Shown in pieces: positions 1 to 55,183 of a stretch of 64,000 nt of DNA (the first letter of the stretch is position 1; each line of letters begins with the position of its first letter). Location of the stretch: positions 21,650,954 to 21,714,953 of the forward strand of contig CP154954.1 in NCBI GenBank assembly GCA_039621445.1, read 5' to 3'. Below the pieces are notes generated by a model. That model searched no databases. It saw only the letters and a list, made by a program, of their open reading frames with translations, and was not told where the DNA came from. The translations under genes were made by a program, and so were the position numbers. Origin of the DNA: Euglena gracilis (lineage: Eukaryota).

Positions 1-1005
1 TCCCACAAGCACACCCACTTGGAACCCGGTCAGGCACCCCCCCTCCTGGGGGCAAAGGCGAACCTAATTTCAGCTGCCGGGTCCACCCCCCTGGGTCTCC
101 TTCACCGCTCCCAGCCGGCTACTCTAGTCCACGACCCAGGAAATGGCGTTCATCGGTTTCCAGCACCTCCCAACCTGGTTCGACTCTTCAGGCTATGGGG
201 AGGCAGGGGACGCGAGAGCCCCTCTTTTGCTGGCGGACACGCCCTTCCGAGCCTCCTTCACTGCAGTTTTTCCGGCCTGCTCGTGCCTGCAGCTACTCTA
301 GTCCACGGCCCAGGTCTCTCCTCTTTCCTCTCTTGTCTGTATGGTCTGTGTGGGGGTCTACTGCTCCAAGACCCCAAGGGTGGTCATCGGTTTCCAGCAC
401 CTCCCAACCTGGGTCGACTCTTCAGGCAATGGGGAGGCAGGGGACGCGAGAGCCCCTCTTTTGCTGTCGGACACACCCCTCTGAGCCCAAGTTGCTACAT
501 TTTTAAGGCCGACTCATGCCTGCAGCAACCTGGGTCCCAGGAAATGCCACGCGAGTGCGTGGCCCCACGGCCGGCGTGGGTGGTCCGGTCCCCCTGTGTG
601 CACTGTGGCTGTTGTTTTGGTGCCTTTTATCCCTTCTTCTGGCCTGGCGCTGTTGTTCGCCTCTGGCTCATTTTGTCTGTGTATGTGGAGGTGGCCGGAG
701 CCTGGCGGGACTTACCTTGTTTACGACGCCGGCCACCAAGCGCCCGCCAGGCACATACTCCACTTTAGTTAGGGGGGGTCTCCTTCACCGTGACGACGCA
801 CCGGTTACTCCAGTCCACGACCCCAGCAGGTGTGGTTCCCAACTCAGTGGACAGGTCCACTCAATTGGGAACAAACTCATGGGTAGGTCTGTTCCAGGCC
901 CGGAGGCACCTCCCGGGGCAGCCCTGTCCCACAAGCACACCCACTTGGAACCCGGTCAGGCACCCCCCCTCGGGTCAGGCACCCCCCCGGTCAGGCACCC
1001 CCCGG
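1..1005. repeat. Complex direct-repeat region, probably a TE end truncated by the window
   Basis: tcccacaagcacacccacttggaacccggtcaggcaccccccc at 1 and ~927. A ~100-bp duplication at ~150 and ~384. Confidence 0.6.
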
Positions 1006-3452
1006 GGTAAGAACAGAGCATACTGCCCATCACCCCCCACCAAAGCAGTATCCGGAGACAATCAACACAGGGGTGAGACTCGACACTGTGAGGACACGGC
1101 TTCTCTTATTCAGCCTTTGAAACTCCATACCCCAACGTTGACAGGCACAGGGGGCAGAGATTTTTTTTAAAGCTTTCGTGACCCGGGGTGGGTGGGTGGG
1201 GGGTGGGTCCCAGCCGAGTCCCCCCCCCCCTGTCGGTCGGAGTCGGCCAAGTGGATACCCTGCCGAAGGCAGGGTCTTCCTCTATTTTCGGCGCAAAACA
1301 CCGAAAAATTTTAGACCCAAAATTTGACCCAAAGCGTCCCAAAAGCATCCCTCCAAGCGCCTCCCTCCCCAGGCCCCCAGAGGGTGGGTGGGTGGGTCCG
1401 GAACCAAAAACCTCCAACAGGGGGATGTTTTCGGTTTGCCAGAAGGGTTTTGCTAATTTCCCTATCAAACCCTTCCAGCCGGTACCAAGCGCCCTGGCCA
1501 ACTCCCCAACCGCTTTCGTGAGCGGTCACCTACCCCATGTTTTTTGATGTTTCGAGTTTCGACTGACACCCGCAGTTTCTGTACAACCAGGAATCAGCTT
1601 AAGGATTTGCAGTTCCGGGGCAGCGGGGGGGGGGGAGTGGCTGGACTGCAGCCAGTCCAAAAGCATCCAGTGGAATTTTGAGTGTACCACCCCCCTAAGA
1701 GGCGATCTGTTAGCAGCCCCAGTTTGTGAAAATTTTCAAGTGACCAGCACAGAGCACTGGAAAAATTTTCCTGCCACGCAAAAAACCTGGAAGGAACCTG
1801 CCAGAAATGTCTGTTTTTTTTGCATTTTTTGAATTTTTGGGAACAAAACCCAGAAAATACCGTGTTAAAACCCTCATTTCCACATCGGCGCGCAGCGCCA
1901 AAGAGAATTTTTTTCCCAGTCAGGGGGACCCCAGGACCCTCCCCTCGGGGAGAGGGGGGTCCTGGGGTCCCCCTCGGTTTTTTTCCATCTGGTGACTTTA
2001 TGCAGTTATTCCAAAATTCCCAGCCAGTGGACCCACCTGGAGTCTTTAAGCCGAGGCCTATGTGCGACTCCAGCCACCCTGCCAGGTCAGAAGATTGTGT
2101 GTCTGCCCTTGTCTTCCTTGTTCCCCCTGTCGTCTGTGTTGACGCCATTTGATGACCCGTTCTGCCGGGCGCGGCGTCTCCTGCAAGCCTCTGTAAATAG
2201 GCGGACCAACCTGGGCTGTACACGGCTCACCCAGTGCCGCGCAACGTTCACAACTTTGAACATTTTCCTGATAATTTACAATACCTCCACACTGGTATTG
2301 GTCCTGACCAAGGGCGAATGCGAAATGGTTATTTTGGGGCCAAGTTTGCACGTTAGGAACCTCTTGTAGGCCAAACGCAAATGGGTCAGCAAAGTCAAAG
2401 TATCAGTGGGGTCAAGGTTGCAAGCTTAGCACAAGAGGCAAACTCTGAGAGGATGACCGGCACACGATATAACGTTCCAGAGTCATAACCTTTCATAACC
2501 TTTCAAAGAAATATGTATTCAGTTTGGGGCTGCCGACCCATTCCAATCAATCACCACAGCAACCTCACTGTTTGACAAATGCTGCAATGGACATTTTGAC
2601 ATCATCATCCAATGATAAAATCCAGTCCCTGCAATTCCACCATTGTGCAAACCGTTTCTCTGTTTGTCCGTTTCGCTGTGCTCACCATTGTGTAGGCATC
2701 TTTGGGTTTTGAGATTGGTGGAAGGGGGACTGTCCTGACCCCCCCTCCCTTTCGAGGTGTTGGGAGGGGTGGTTCGACCCACCCACTCCCCATAGCCAGA
2801 AGCCGGGTTTGCAAGATATTTTCTTCCCACGCTGTGCACTGGAGATAAGGAAAACATATTTTTCAAATATTAGTATTTAATTTTCAATGTTTCAAATTTT
2901 CTTTTTTCGCACTTTGCTGCATCTTCATTTATATTTCTCAGATTTGTATTTTTCATTTTCTGCAAAATCAATTTTTTTGTATTTTTTAAAAACAACAACA
3001 ACAAATTTTTCCCTTCATGCGCATTCCAGCACATTACAAAGGAAGTTTTTCCTCGTTCTAAAGACACACCAAGCCTCCGAAGGTAACGAGACACGCCATA
3101 CTGGGCGAAATGGGCAAGTTTCAGGTCAAGAATTGCATTTTTTTGCTAATATTCGGGCATTTTTTCCAAGTTGGTGAATGCGTGCCTTGAGGCCAGCTTC
3201 CGGGGGGGGGGGGCATGCTGATCAGGCCCTCCCGGGATGGGGTTCTTCAGCCCTTCAACGACTCCCGGGTCAAACCAGCAAAGAAACAATTTTAAAACAA
3301 CAAAAATCATATGAATGCGTCACAGTTGATTGTGTTTTTTTTGATCCCCTCATCCCCACTGTTGATTCCCCCAGCACAGTGTTGCGTTAAGACCCCCTTC
3401 AGGCGTGCTGGCTACAGCTGCAAATTGAGGGCCACCAAATGGAGATCAGGCT

Positions 3453-3758
3453 CAGGCCGTATTTTAGTCGGGTGCCGATCCCACCTCGGGGGGGGGGGGG
3501 TGCCTGCCTGGGCAGGCACCCCAAGGCACTCCAAATCCGACCCGGGGGGGGGGGGGTAGGGCACACGGCCAAAAGTTCCCTTGCACAGACCCCGGCGCCA
3601 AAGGCACCGGGGAGCCAAAAATGGCCTATTTTCAAAGGAATGTGCCTGGGCACAGGCCGACATCCGACCCCCGGGGGGGGGGGGGGGGTAGTGCCTGCCT
3701 GGGCAGGCACCCCAAGGCACTCCAGACCCCCCCGGGGTTGGTAAAAAAAAACAGCCTG
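3453..3758. mobile_element. hAT-like MITE, family A
   Basis: TIR caggccgt/acagcctg, degenerate TSD atcaggct/atccggcc, internal repeats of gtgcctgcctgggcaggcacccca. Confidence 0.8.
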
Positions 3759-4919
3759 ATCCGGCCGAAGGGCAGCTGGACAGCTGGGGGAATTCTTTTG
3801 AAACAAATGTGATAATGAAAAGGCAACGTCCCGAAAACCACCTTCAAAATGGGTCGAAAGGGGGCTGTTCAACGCAAAGTATTCAAGTGTTGTCGTTTTG
3901 AAAAGCAGGCTGTCTCGGACTATTTAGGCTCGTTTTAATTCTTCCAGGTCTGTTTCGACCCACCCCCCAGAGTACCCCAAGGGGTTTCGCCAGCCTAAAT
4001 GTTCTGCCCCCCTCCGGACGCTTGGGCCTCCTTCTCCTCCCTCTTTTGTATGCAGAATATGCAGAATTTGGCCCCTCAGAAAATGGTTTTCCGCCTTAAC
4101 TTGCTGTCTTGCCCCCCCCATTTTTTTCAGGCATTTTGGCCTACCACATGACCCGCCGAAATCCTCACATACAAACTTGGCCGACCACCCCAAGGTTGGC
4201 CCCCCACGTTTGCCTTCAATCAGGGCCAAGCGTAGCGCTTGAGCCAAAACCCCCGAGATCACCAAAGCAGTTCCTTTGCCTGACTGAGCGGTGGTTCTCC
4301 CTGGCACCCCTGGACCCTGCGGACCACCTCCGGGGTCTTCTTCGGGACACGGCCGCGGGGAACGGGCTTCGGGTTCCAGTCCGCCCCACCAGCACTGCCG
4401 GTCCCCCAGTGCTGCCTGTGCTCCCCCAGGGGTGCGGATGGCGCGGCGCCCAACAAACAAGGGCCCGGTGGCCCGCCACCGCTAGCTGCATGCGGGGCCC
4501 CTCCGAGGCGTGAGCTCGCCCCCTCCCCCGCAATGGAAACCGTTGTTTGCTGGGAGCTTGGCGTGTTTGTTCGTTGTTGGCACTTGTCGCGCAGCAGGGA
4601 AGGGGAAATGCGCATTGTGCAGTTTTTTTTGCAGTTTTTGTGACGCGATTTTTTTCAGTGCTTGTTTGAGAAAACACTTCGCGTGAGAAATTTTTGCACA
4701 TTTTTTTGTAAAGGGTTTTATATTGCAAAAAAGCGTTTTGGTGAGTTCCTTTCAATAGAATTGTGCATGGTCTAAGAATTCTCATGTATGTGCAAGTTTT
4801 TTTTGCACACACAAGTGAAGTTTTCCACTTGACCGTGACTTGACCCCCCCCCCCCCCGTGTGCACGGCTTTGTTTAATGGCGAATTGCTCCTCATATCGC
4901 CCCCTCCCTGTCCCCACAG

Positions 4920-29206
<24,287 letters not shown>

Positions 29207-29336
29207 TGTGGCGTATGCCCCCGCTGCCCGTTGGGCCGAGGAAGGTTCAGGGGCCAAGTGGGTGGGAGGGAGGCAGCGACGGGGGCAGGTTGTATGGGAA
29301 GCTCCGCAGACATGAGGTAGGTGGCAGGGGGGGGTC

Positions 29337-30794
29337 GCTGAGCTCTTATCCTTATGGGTAAGAGCGAAGCTTACCCCTGGGGAAAAGGGGGGGTCGGACC
29401 CCCCCCGCCCTCCCCCTCCTCGGGTCGGGGCCACCAGGAGAACCGGCAGATTATCACCATGATCCCGGCTCCATTCCCGGAATTTTTTTCAGTCGCGAGC
29501 GACTGGATTTCTGGTTTCCGAATAACCTCCGTTTGACCCGCCTGAGTTATTCACGCGCGAAGGGGTCCAAACTTGGTAGGATTGTCCCCCCCTTCTTCCA
29601 ACTCTGCCATTTCGCCGGGTCCAAAAATGGGTCAAAAATCAATTTTCGAGAATATCTCGAGAAAACGTACATTATTTCCGGAAATGTCGGTCTGACGGAA
29701 TGTACCCCCGGAGGCCCCCCATTGCCCCCCATTCGCCGTTTTGGCCGCCGACACGCTTTTGCAGCCCAAAACGGCCATTTTGGGGTGTTTTTGGGGCCGC
29801 TTTTCGGCCAAAAAAATCGGTTTTTCCAAAATATCTCGACAATGAATCAAAATCAAAGAAAATTCCCGGAGAGCAGAAATGAAGCCCTTGGAATGCCCTA
29901 TCCAACCATGGTTCATTTTCCCCCAACTCTTCATGTAGCCCAAGTTACAGCTATTTTTCGGCCATTTTTGGCCCATTTCAGGGGCATTTTGAGCTGTTTT
30001 CGGGATCAAAAAATCGATGTTTCCAAAATATCTCGAAAATGGACCAAAATCAAAGAAAATGTCCGGGGACCTAAAGTGAAGCTCTTGGAACGCCCAATCT
30101 ATCCATATTTTGATTTCCCTGCAACTCCCTGCCAAGCCCGAAATATGGCCGATTTATGGCCCAAAACAGCTCGGCAGCCTTGCAACTTAGCCGTTTTCGG
30201 CCGTCATTTGGCTCAAAAAATCGATTTTTCTGAGATTTCTCAAAAAATGGTGGGGAATCAAAGGAAATGTCCGGATACCTAAATTGAAGCCCTTAGAATG
30301 CCCTATCTAACAGTATTTCAATTTCCCTGCAACTCCCCGCCTTGCCCGAGTTACGACCATTTTTCGGCCAATTTTGGCTGAAAAATGGACATTTTTGGTC
30401 ATTTTGTACAGTTTTGGCCTGTTTGACTTGGCTGTTTTCGGCCATTTTTTCGACTTTTTGAAAGTCGAATTTCTTTGCCCGAAACCATGTTCTTTGGCCT
30501 CCCGGACCCGGAAAAACTGTGTTTTGAGCCGAAAATGAGCGTTTTTTGACCTGCCGACCCCCCGTTTGGCCTGAAACCCATGGATTTTGGGTCAAAAACG
30601 AATAAAAACAGTCGAAAAAATCCACAATTTTTTTTTGCCCAAAACGATGTTTTTTGGCCGTCCGGACCCGGAAAACCTGTTTTTGAGCCGAAAATGAGCA
30701 CCAAAACGTACCGAAAATTTCTTCCCATAACCCCTGCGTCCAAGCCACGTTTTCTGTTTTACAGTGGAAAACCGCGCAAGGTAAAGAGCTCAGC
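29337..30794. mobile_element. Satellite-carrying element, copy B
   Basis: Same termini as copy A, three ~205-bp repeats and only ~2 copies of the 162-bp unit. Confidence 0.7.
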
Positions 30795-33700
30795 ACGATT
30801 CAAAACCTGGTTACCCACCCCTCCTGGGGGGGGTCCCCCCACCCTGCCCTCCTCCTCTGCGGGGCTTCCGGCGCTTCGCGGCGGGTGTGTATTTTAGGAC
30901 CCTCTTGAGGCTCAATATGAAATTTTGGCAAAATGACCAAAATTGGCAAGAAGAAATGGTCGTAATTCGGGCTAGGCGGGGAGTTGCAGGGAAGTCAAAA
31001 TACTGCTAGATGGGGCATTTTAAGGGCTTCAATTTAGGTCTCCAGACATTTCTTTCGATTCCCCACCATTTTTGAGAAATCTCAAAAAAAATGTGACCCC
31101 AAAAACGGCCGAAATTTTTCACTCAACGGTGAGAATTTCCGGCGACTGAAAACTGGAGGCAGGAGGGGGTCCCCATGCAAGCCTGATGGGGGCATCGTGG
31201 GGGGGGGAGCCTCCCTATTTTATGCTCGGCTCCAAAGCTCCAAAACTGACACCCCAACAGTGTGTCCCCTGAGCTCCCCTCCCCGGCCGACCGGATCCAA
31301 AAAAAAAAAGCTCTGGTGCCAAATCCTCTGGAGCAGGGTAGGGTCACAATAGGCACAAATTATGCCTAATTCAGGTCTGTTTTTATTTGCCTTTCCGCAA
31401 AGCTTGTCCTGCCCGAGAACCATCAGTGCCCCCAGTCCTGGCCAACTTCAGATGGCAATTGCCTGTACATAGGGGACTGGGTGTGGGTTCGGTCAGGAGC
31501 CATGTAAGCCCGGTACGGCAAAGGGCATTGGCATGTTTCCAGTTCCGAAGCACATAACTAGGGCAGTCTGTAAGGGACCTATTTCCTTTTAAGCCACCTC
31601 TTAAGGGTGCCCCTTGCCCAAAGGGCAAGCAATGGGGGTCAACCTTGGGCTCGAACGGGCTGGAATTACGGAGTCAAAAAAAACTTGTTATTGATGTTTG
31701 GGATAGATGGTCTAATGATGCTTGAAATCAAATTTGCTTCGGGATCGATTTATTTCGCTGATAAATTTTGCAGGTAAATCAGGGGGATGGTTTATTGAGT
31801 CAGTGAGATTAGGTTTATTCAGCTGAGCTCCAAAGCAGGCTGAATAATAAGAAGGGTGGGTATACCTTGTCAACCAGGGGGGGGGGGGCAGAGTTCAACG
31901 TGAGAGCAGGGGGGTCTGACATCCCCCAAGGCTTGTGCAGGGGAGCCCTGTGCAGGGTATCGGGAACGACTGCAACAATTTCTCCCGATTTTTTTTGGCA
32001 GAGTCCGAACCACATTTGTTTGGAACAAGCTTTTAATGTTCATATCCTTTCTGATAACCTCTTAAATTTTTATTTTTATCCCCCCTGGGTGGGAGAAATA
32101 AAGAAGAAGCGCCAAGAAAACCCATACCCATTATTTGTTGCTGACAGAAATGTTTAAAATGCTTTGTGAAAGCAGTTTTTGCTTTTCTAGGCATACAATT
32201 ATCCTTATTTTTGTTTTTTTTCCTTCATTTTTTACACCTCTTCCCGGGGCCGACAACCCACCCGAATCTTAACGCCCCCAATATGGCATCTCACAATCCA
32301 ATGAAACAGTTGCCACCACCCTCCCAGGTTCTGAGATAAGACGCTACCCACCCATAACCGACCACGACCCAACTATTTGAAATTAGTGCACTGAAATTAA
32401 TTATGATGGAAATTATATGTGTGCAAACCGCCGTCTTTTTTGGGGGGTGCTGGTTCCTAGAAACAAATTGCAACGGGTGTGGTTTCCTCGCAGCCCACCG
32501 TTCACATACAAGTACGACAACCCCGCCACCACCCTCAATAGACTCTACACTGTGAAGCACGGCCCCACCGGATAACCCGCACACAAAGGTCACAGTCTGC
32601 CCCATTCTTGAAGAAGGCCGTGTTTGTGCCTTGTGGGCCTCCAGCCACTGTCGTTGCCATGCTTTGTTGACTTTCACTCCAAACACACATCCAAGGATCA
32701 GAGTAGGGGCAGAGGTAATTGTTTAAAATGATTATTGCCATCAGTTCTTTGAATCTCGAAAAGAGCGATCCGGCAAACCAACAGTTCTGATGGGTCTATC
32801 AGTTGGATTGGTCTGATTGGTTCTGTGGTCAGGGGTTTTGCAGAGTGGGTGCCATGAGATCAATACTTTGGAAGGGCAAAGGTTTGACGCCACTTTTGCC
32901 CGGTTTGTGCTAAACGGCCTTCCTCCCCTTCCTTTTCCTCGATGTCTTGCACTGTTTGTGGATAGTGCCCAGGCGCATTCCGGTTTGTCGCCCCACAGTG
33001 GTTTCTTGCGCAGTTCGCTACCTCCCTTCCCTTGTCCACGGAACACGCCCTCTCCACTCATGCAGCTGAGCTTCGCGGGTTTTGGTGAGCCACAGAATTA
33101 GTGGCAACTGCTTTTTAGTGTGCTTGCTTTCTTATTTAAGAAAATAATAACAACCCGAGAGGGATCTCCACAACAATCAACACAATGTTTTTGCTTTGTA
33201 TTTCCTACCAACGCCGGATGGCGTTTTTGAGAATACAACAGTGCTTTGCCTTGAGAAATTGCAGCTCACCCTCAGATGTTTCGGCAAAAAAAACCTGGGA
33301 CACCCCTGCTTACCTGACCTCGGGCGCACAACCCACACCACACCTCCTTCTCCTGGGGCGATTTTGCCCCTGTGCTTTGTCAGCGCATATCTCTGACCCG
33401 TGTGACCGTTACCATCTGTGACCCCTGTCCGCGTTGCCCTGCTTATGTAGGCGCCACTGATTCTGACGAGCCTTTTCTCTGCAACGCGTGTCCCACTTTT
33501 GGAATTGGTCGGCGAGCAGCCTCCCGGAAGACAGGCAACATCAAAGGAAGGGGAGGTTTGGGAAGCCGCAGCTCTTGGACCCGGCGAGACGGTACAGCTG
33601 TGTGGCAGGGATATGTTGATATGTGCAGAGGAGGAATGCATTTCTCATTTTTTTTGCTTTTTCGCAAAAAAATGCATATTTTTGCGCATTTTTTTCAGTA

Positions 33701-35517
33701 CATTTTTTGCTTTTTTGGTGAAGTTTTTTTGTATTTTACCCAATTTTCGCATCTTTTTCACCATTTTTGCATTTTTTGCGTTTTTTTAAAATTGCAAGTT
33801 TTTGAGACTGATTTTCCCTCGTATTTCCGTAAAACTCTTGGTGGATTTGGTGCCATTTTTTGTATTTTTTAAGTAATTTTTGCATGTTTGTGTTTTTTTT
33901 GCATTTCTTCACTTAGATTTTTGCATTTTGCATTTTCGCATTTATTCACATTTTTTTTGTTTTTTTGCGCATTTTTGTATTTTTTGACGCCGGGCTAACG
34001 CTTTCTCCCCCCCTTGATGTGTGCATTTGTCTACCAACCCCCCCCCCCGGGCTAACGCTTTCTTCCCCCCCCTGATTTGTGCATTTGTCAACAAACCCCC
34101 CCTTCGGGAAATTGTCATGCCTGAGAACCTGCCAAGGTCCTGCTCAGGAAACTGTCAGGGTCCCTTCAACTGGCCAACCTGCCCGGTGACAGCTTCCTGG
34201 GGGGGGGGTAAGCAGGATTTTTCAATATTTGAACTCGTTGAAAAGCACTCCAAGAAAGTTTGACGACGGTTTGGGTTGGATTTTTCTTGTTCCAAAAGGG
34301 ATTGTGTGTGCTCGAGGAACACGCATCCGTATGAACCAAAGTCTACCCGCGTTAGCAGCAGTGGTTTTGTTAAGTTTTGTTTGGGATTTGGTTTGGGTCA
34401 GGGGTTTGGCGTGGATTTGTGGTGGGGTGTCAGTTGTGGTCTCCTCCAAAGCAGTTTCTAATCCTTTTTTTCGGTGTGTTGGAAAAGGGATTTTTTTGGG
34501 CCTAAAACTCTTTTCTGACACGCCGGAAAATAGGATCAGACACCTCTTTGGAGGAGACCACAACCTTTGTCTCCTGGATTTTGTACCCACAATAGCCTCT
34601 TCCCCCCAGGGGTGGTGGATGGGTACATTCTTTTCCACCATGAGGAAGAAGTTGCTTTGCACATTTGTTTTTCTAATGAAAATTTTTTATAAAAACTCAG
34701 AAATATGACAAATTTGTGAGAAATATGACACAAATGGTGCAAATTTGCACACATTTTGTATTTCATTGTGCAACAACTGAAAGAATTAACACAAGTGTAT
34801 AGAACTTCGATTTGTCTGTGGTTTCTGGTAGAAGAGAAACTTCCCTGTGCAACCCCTTAAAAAATGCAAAATTTGGGAGGCCAAATAAACAAAAATCAGC
34901 AAGAAATGCACATTTCCTCAAAATTTTTCATTGTTCAAAAATGCAAATTGTGCAACTTGCAACCCCCCCCCCCTGAACCACACAAACACCCCAAATTTTG
35001 AAGGAAATCGGCAAAAACCAGGCAAGCAAAATCCCAGAAGAGGTGCACACTGCAATCTGGGGCACTTTACATGTGAGTGTTTTCTGTGTGCAATGGACGA
35101 TGGGTGAATGGATCGATGAACATGCACACAAATATGAGCATACAGCGCAAATGGTTTTTTTTGGAAAAAGAGTGGGCGGCACCGTGTAAATGATTGTACA
35201 AATATGCACTGTGTTGCATGTCAGATAATGTTGCACAATGAAAATTTCCATGTTTATTTCGATCCTGCCTTTGTAACAGCCCCACTTCTATTGGGAGGGG
35301 TGGAGACGACACCAGGATGCCAGGGACCTTGCCAGCCCCATTTGCTGGAACATGTGTCTGGAAGCTGCGTTCCATTCCGTATTGCCCAGATGTGCCATAC
35401 TGCGACTGTTTGCCGTATCTTCCCTGTGTCCAGGTTCCTTCTTGCCTTGGGGTTTTGCAAATTCAGGGCAGAGTCCTGCCATACCTCGCTCGCCACCAGA
35501 GTGCGCTGTAACCCACG

Positions 35518-53546
<18,029 letters not shown>

Positions 53547-54634
53547 GCGCACCATACCCGTCGGGGGGCAGAGAGGGGCCCCAGATGTTAGGACTTTCTT
53601 TTGTTTGTTTCCGGTGCATCCACAATAGCCCGCTTAAACACCACGGCAAGTAGGGTGCACCCTCCTTCCCCCAAGATGGCAGCCAGTTGCATTTCGGGCA
53701 ATTGTGATTTGCTTTCTTGGGGGTTTAGTCGGAAGCTTCTCCACGCTTATTTTCCAGGAGAGAGGTTTGGTTGCTGGAGGAAGAGGGAAGGTTCTTCCCC
53801 CTTTTCTGTCCCCCGTGTCAACGGCACATTCTCGAACATTACCTGGTGTTTTTTTCCCTTTGAAGTTCTGTAATTCTTACACAGCGTGTCATTGGCACAA
53901 ATAATTCCCCCTGGCCCCAACTTCGGATGCCCAAATAAGTTACCCCGGGTATTATTAATTGTGGGGGTGGGGGTATTGGACTTAACAATATTCGCTTTTG
54001 AACTTTGAATAATTTGGGGGGACAATTGCCGAGTTTTTTTTTTTGGTTTTCAGGTGCAGATTTTTGTGCCACAGTTGGCTCCAATTCCAACCAGTCCAGC
54101 CATGCAGAAAACATTCATCCCATTCCCCCTCCCTGGTTGCTGACTTATTGTGACCTTTTCCTGTTGCATTGTCCATCTTCCATCGCTCTGCCAGCTGCAT
54201 ATTCATTGATGTGCAGCTGATGAAACCTGCCTCTGCTTCGCAGCTGACCTCTCGCTCCCTCTCTCGTCTTGCCCACTCCCCTGGACCACTACGTTGACGT
54301 ACGGTGCTTTGTGATGTGCCACGCTGTCCATTGGCCTCGAGCAGCACCTCACTCCCCGCCCCCCAAAGAAGATGAGCCCCAGCTCAGGTTTGTTTTGCTT
54401 TCCTGTTGACCCACGTGAGGGTCTCAAAGGCAGCCGCTTGAAGGTGCCCCAGAGGGCCGCCAGTCAATTGCACGGCCGCTTTGTTGGTTCCGCGCCGTCG
54501 AAGGAACGACCATCCGTGCCGTTTTCGTTGCATCCATGCCGCTGTGGTCATCCGGGTCGGGTGGGAGGCTGGCTTTCCGCCTCAATCTGTATTGGGGAAC
54601 CCAGTCCAGGCTTCTTTTGACAGAAAATCGCCCC

Positions 54635-54845
54635 CAGGGGTTTTTTTAGTCGTGGACCCGGGGGGGGGGTAGGGTGGGTGCGTCCGGCCAAGCCCCCCCC
54701 CCCCGGGGGATCCCCCCACAGAGGGGAGTGTATATACTTTTCGGCGCCGAAAAAAGTGCTATTTTTAGCACTTTTCGCGATTTTTCGGCCATTTTTTTTG
54801 TGGGTCCCCCGGGACCCCCCCCCCCCGGTCTTAAAAAATCCCCTG
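54635..54845. mobile_element. hAT-like MITE
   Basis: TIR caggggtttttt/aaaaaatcccctg, perfect 8-bp TSD atcgcccc. Confidence 0.85.
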
Positions 54846-55183
54846 ATCGCCCCCCCCCCAGGGATGGTGCTATGGGCAGCCAGGGCAGCAGCGGAGGGGA
54901 AGCATTTCCGTCGGGTTTTGGGGTGGGCAGTGCTATAACACAGCCTCCAGCGCCGAAGGCGCCGTGGCCCAAAGGCGGCCATTTGCGAGAAGGAAAATTT
55001 GGCTGGGTTGGCCGGAGCCAGAACCCAAAACCAACCGGGGGGGGGGGGGCGCTATAGGCAAGGCACCTCGCAGCACGAGGTCAGCACCCGCAGGCTTGGT
55101 CGAACCAAAATAGCCTGCCCCAGCGCCTCCGTGCGCCTCCGGACAGCCCAGCCCCCCCCCATGCCCGGGTGCCGCGGGGCGGG

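Noticed and set aside
19-1170. 249-aa and overlapping ORFs at the window start
   Set aside because: They lie in direct repeats and show no recognisable domain.
4490-4513. ATG...GAG|GC as first exon of gene 1
   Set aside because: Needs a GC donor for phase and has no other support.
31300-35500. Possible 3' exons of gene 1 or a separate gene
   Set aside because: No convincing in-frame exon chain or motif could be built.
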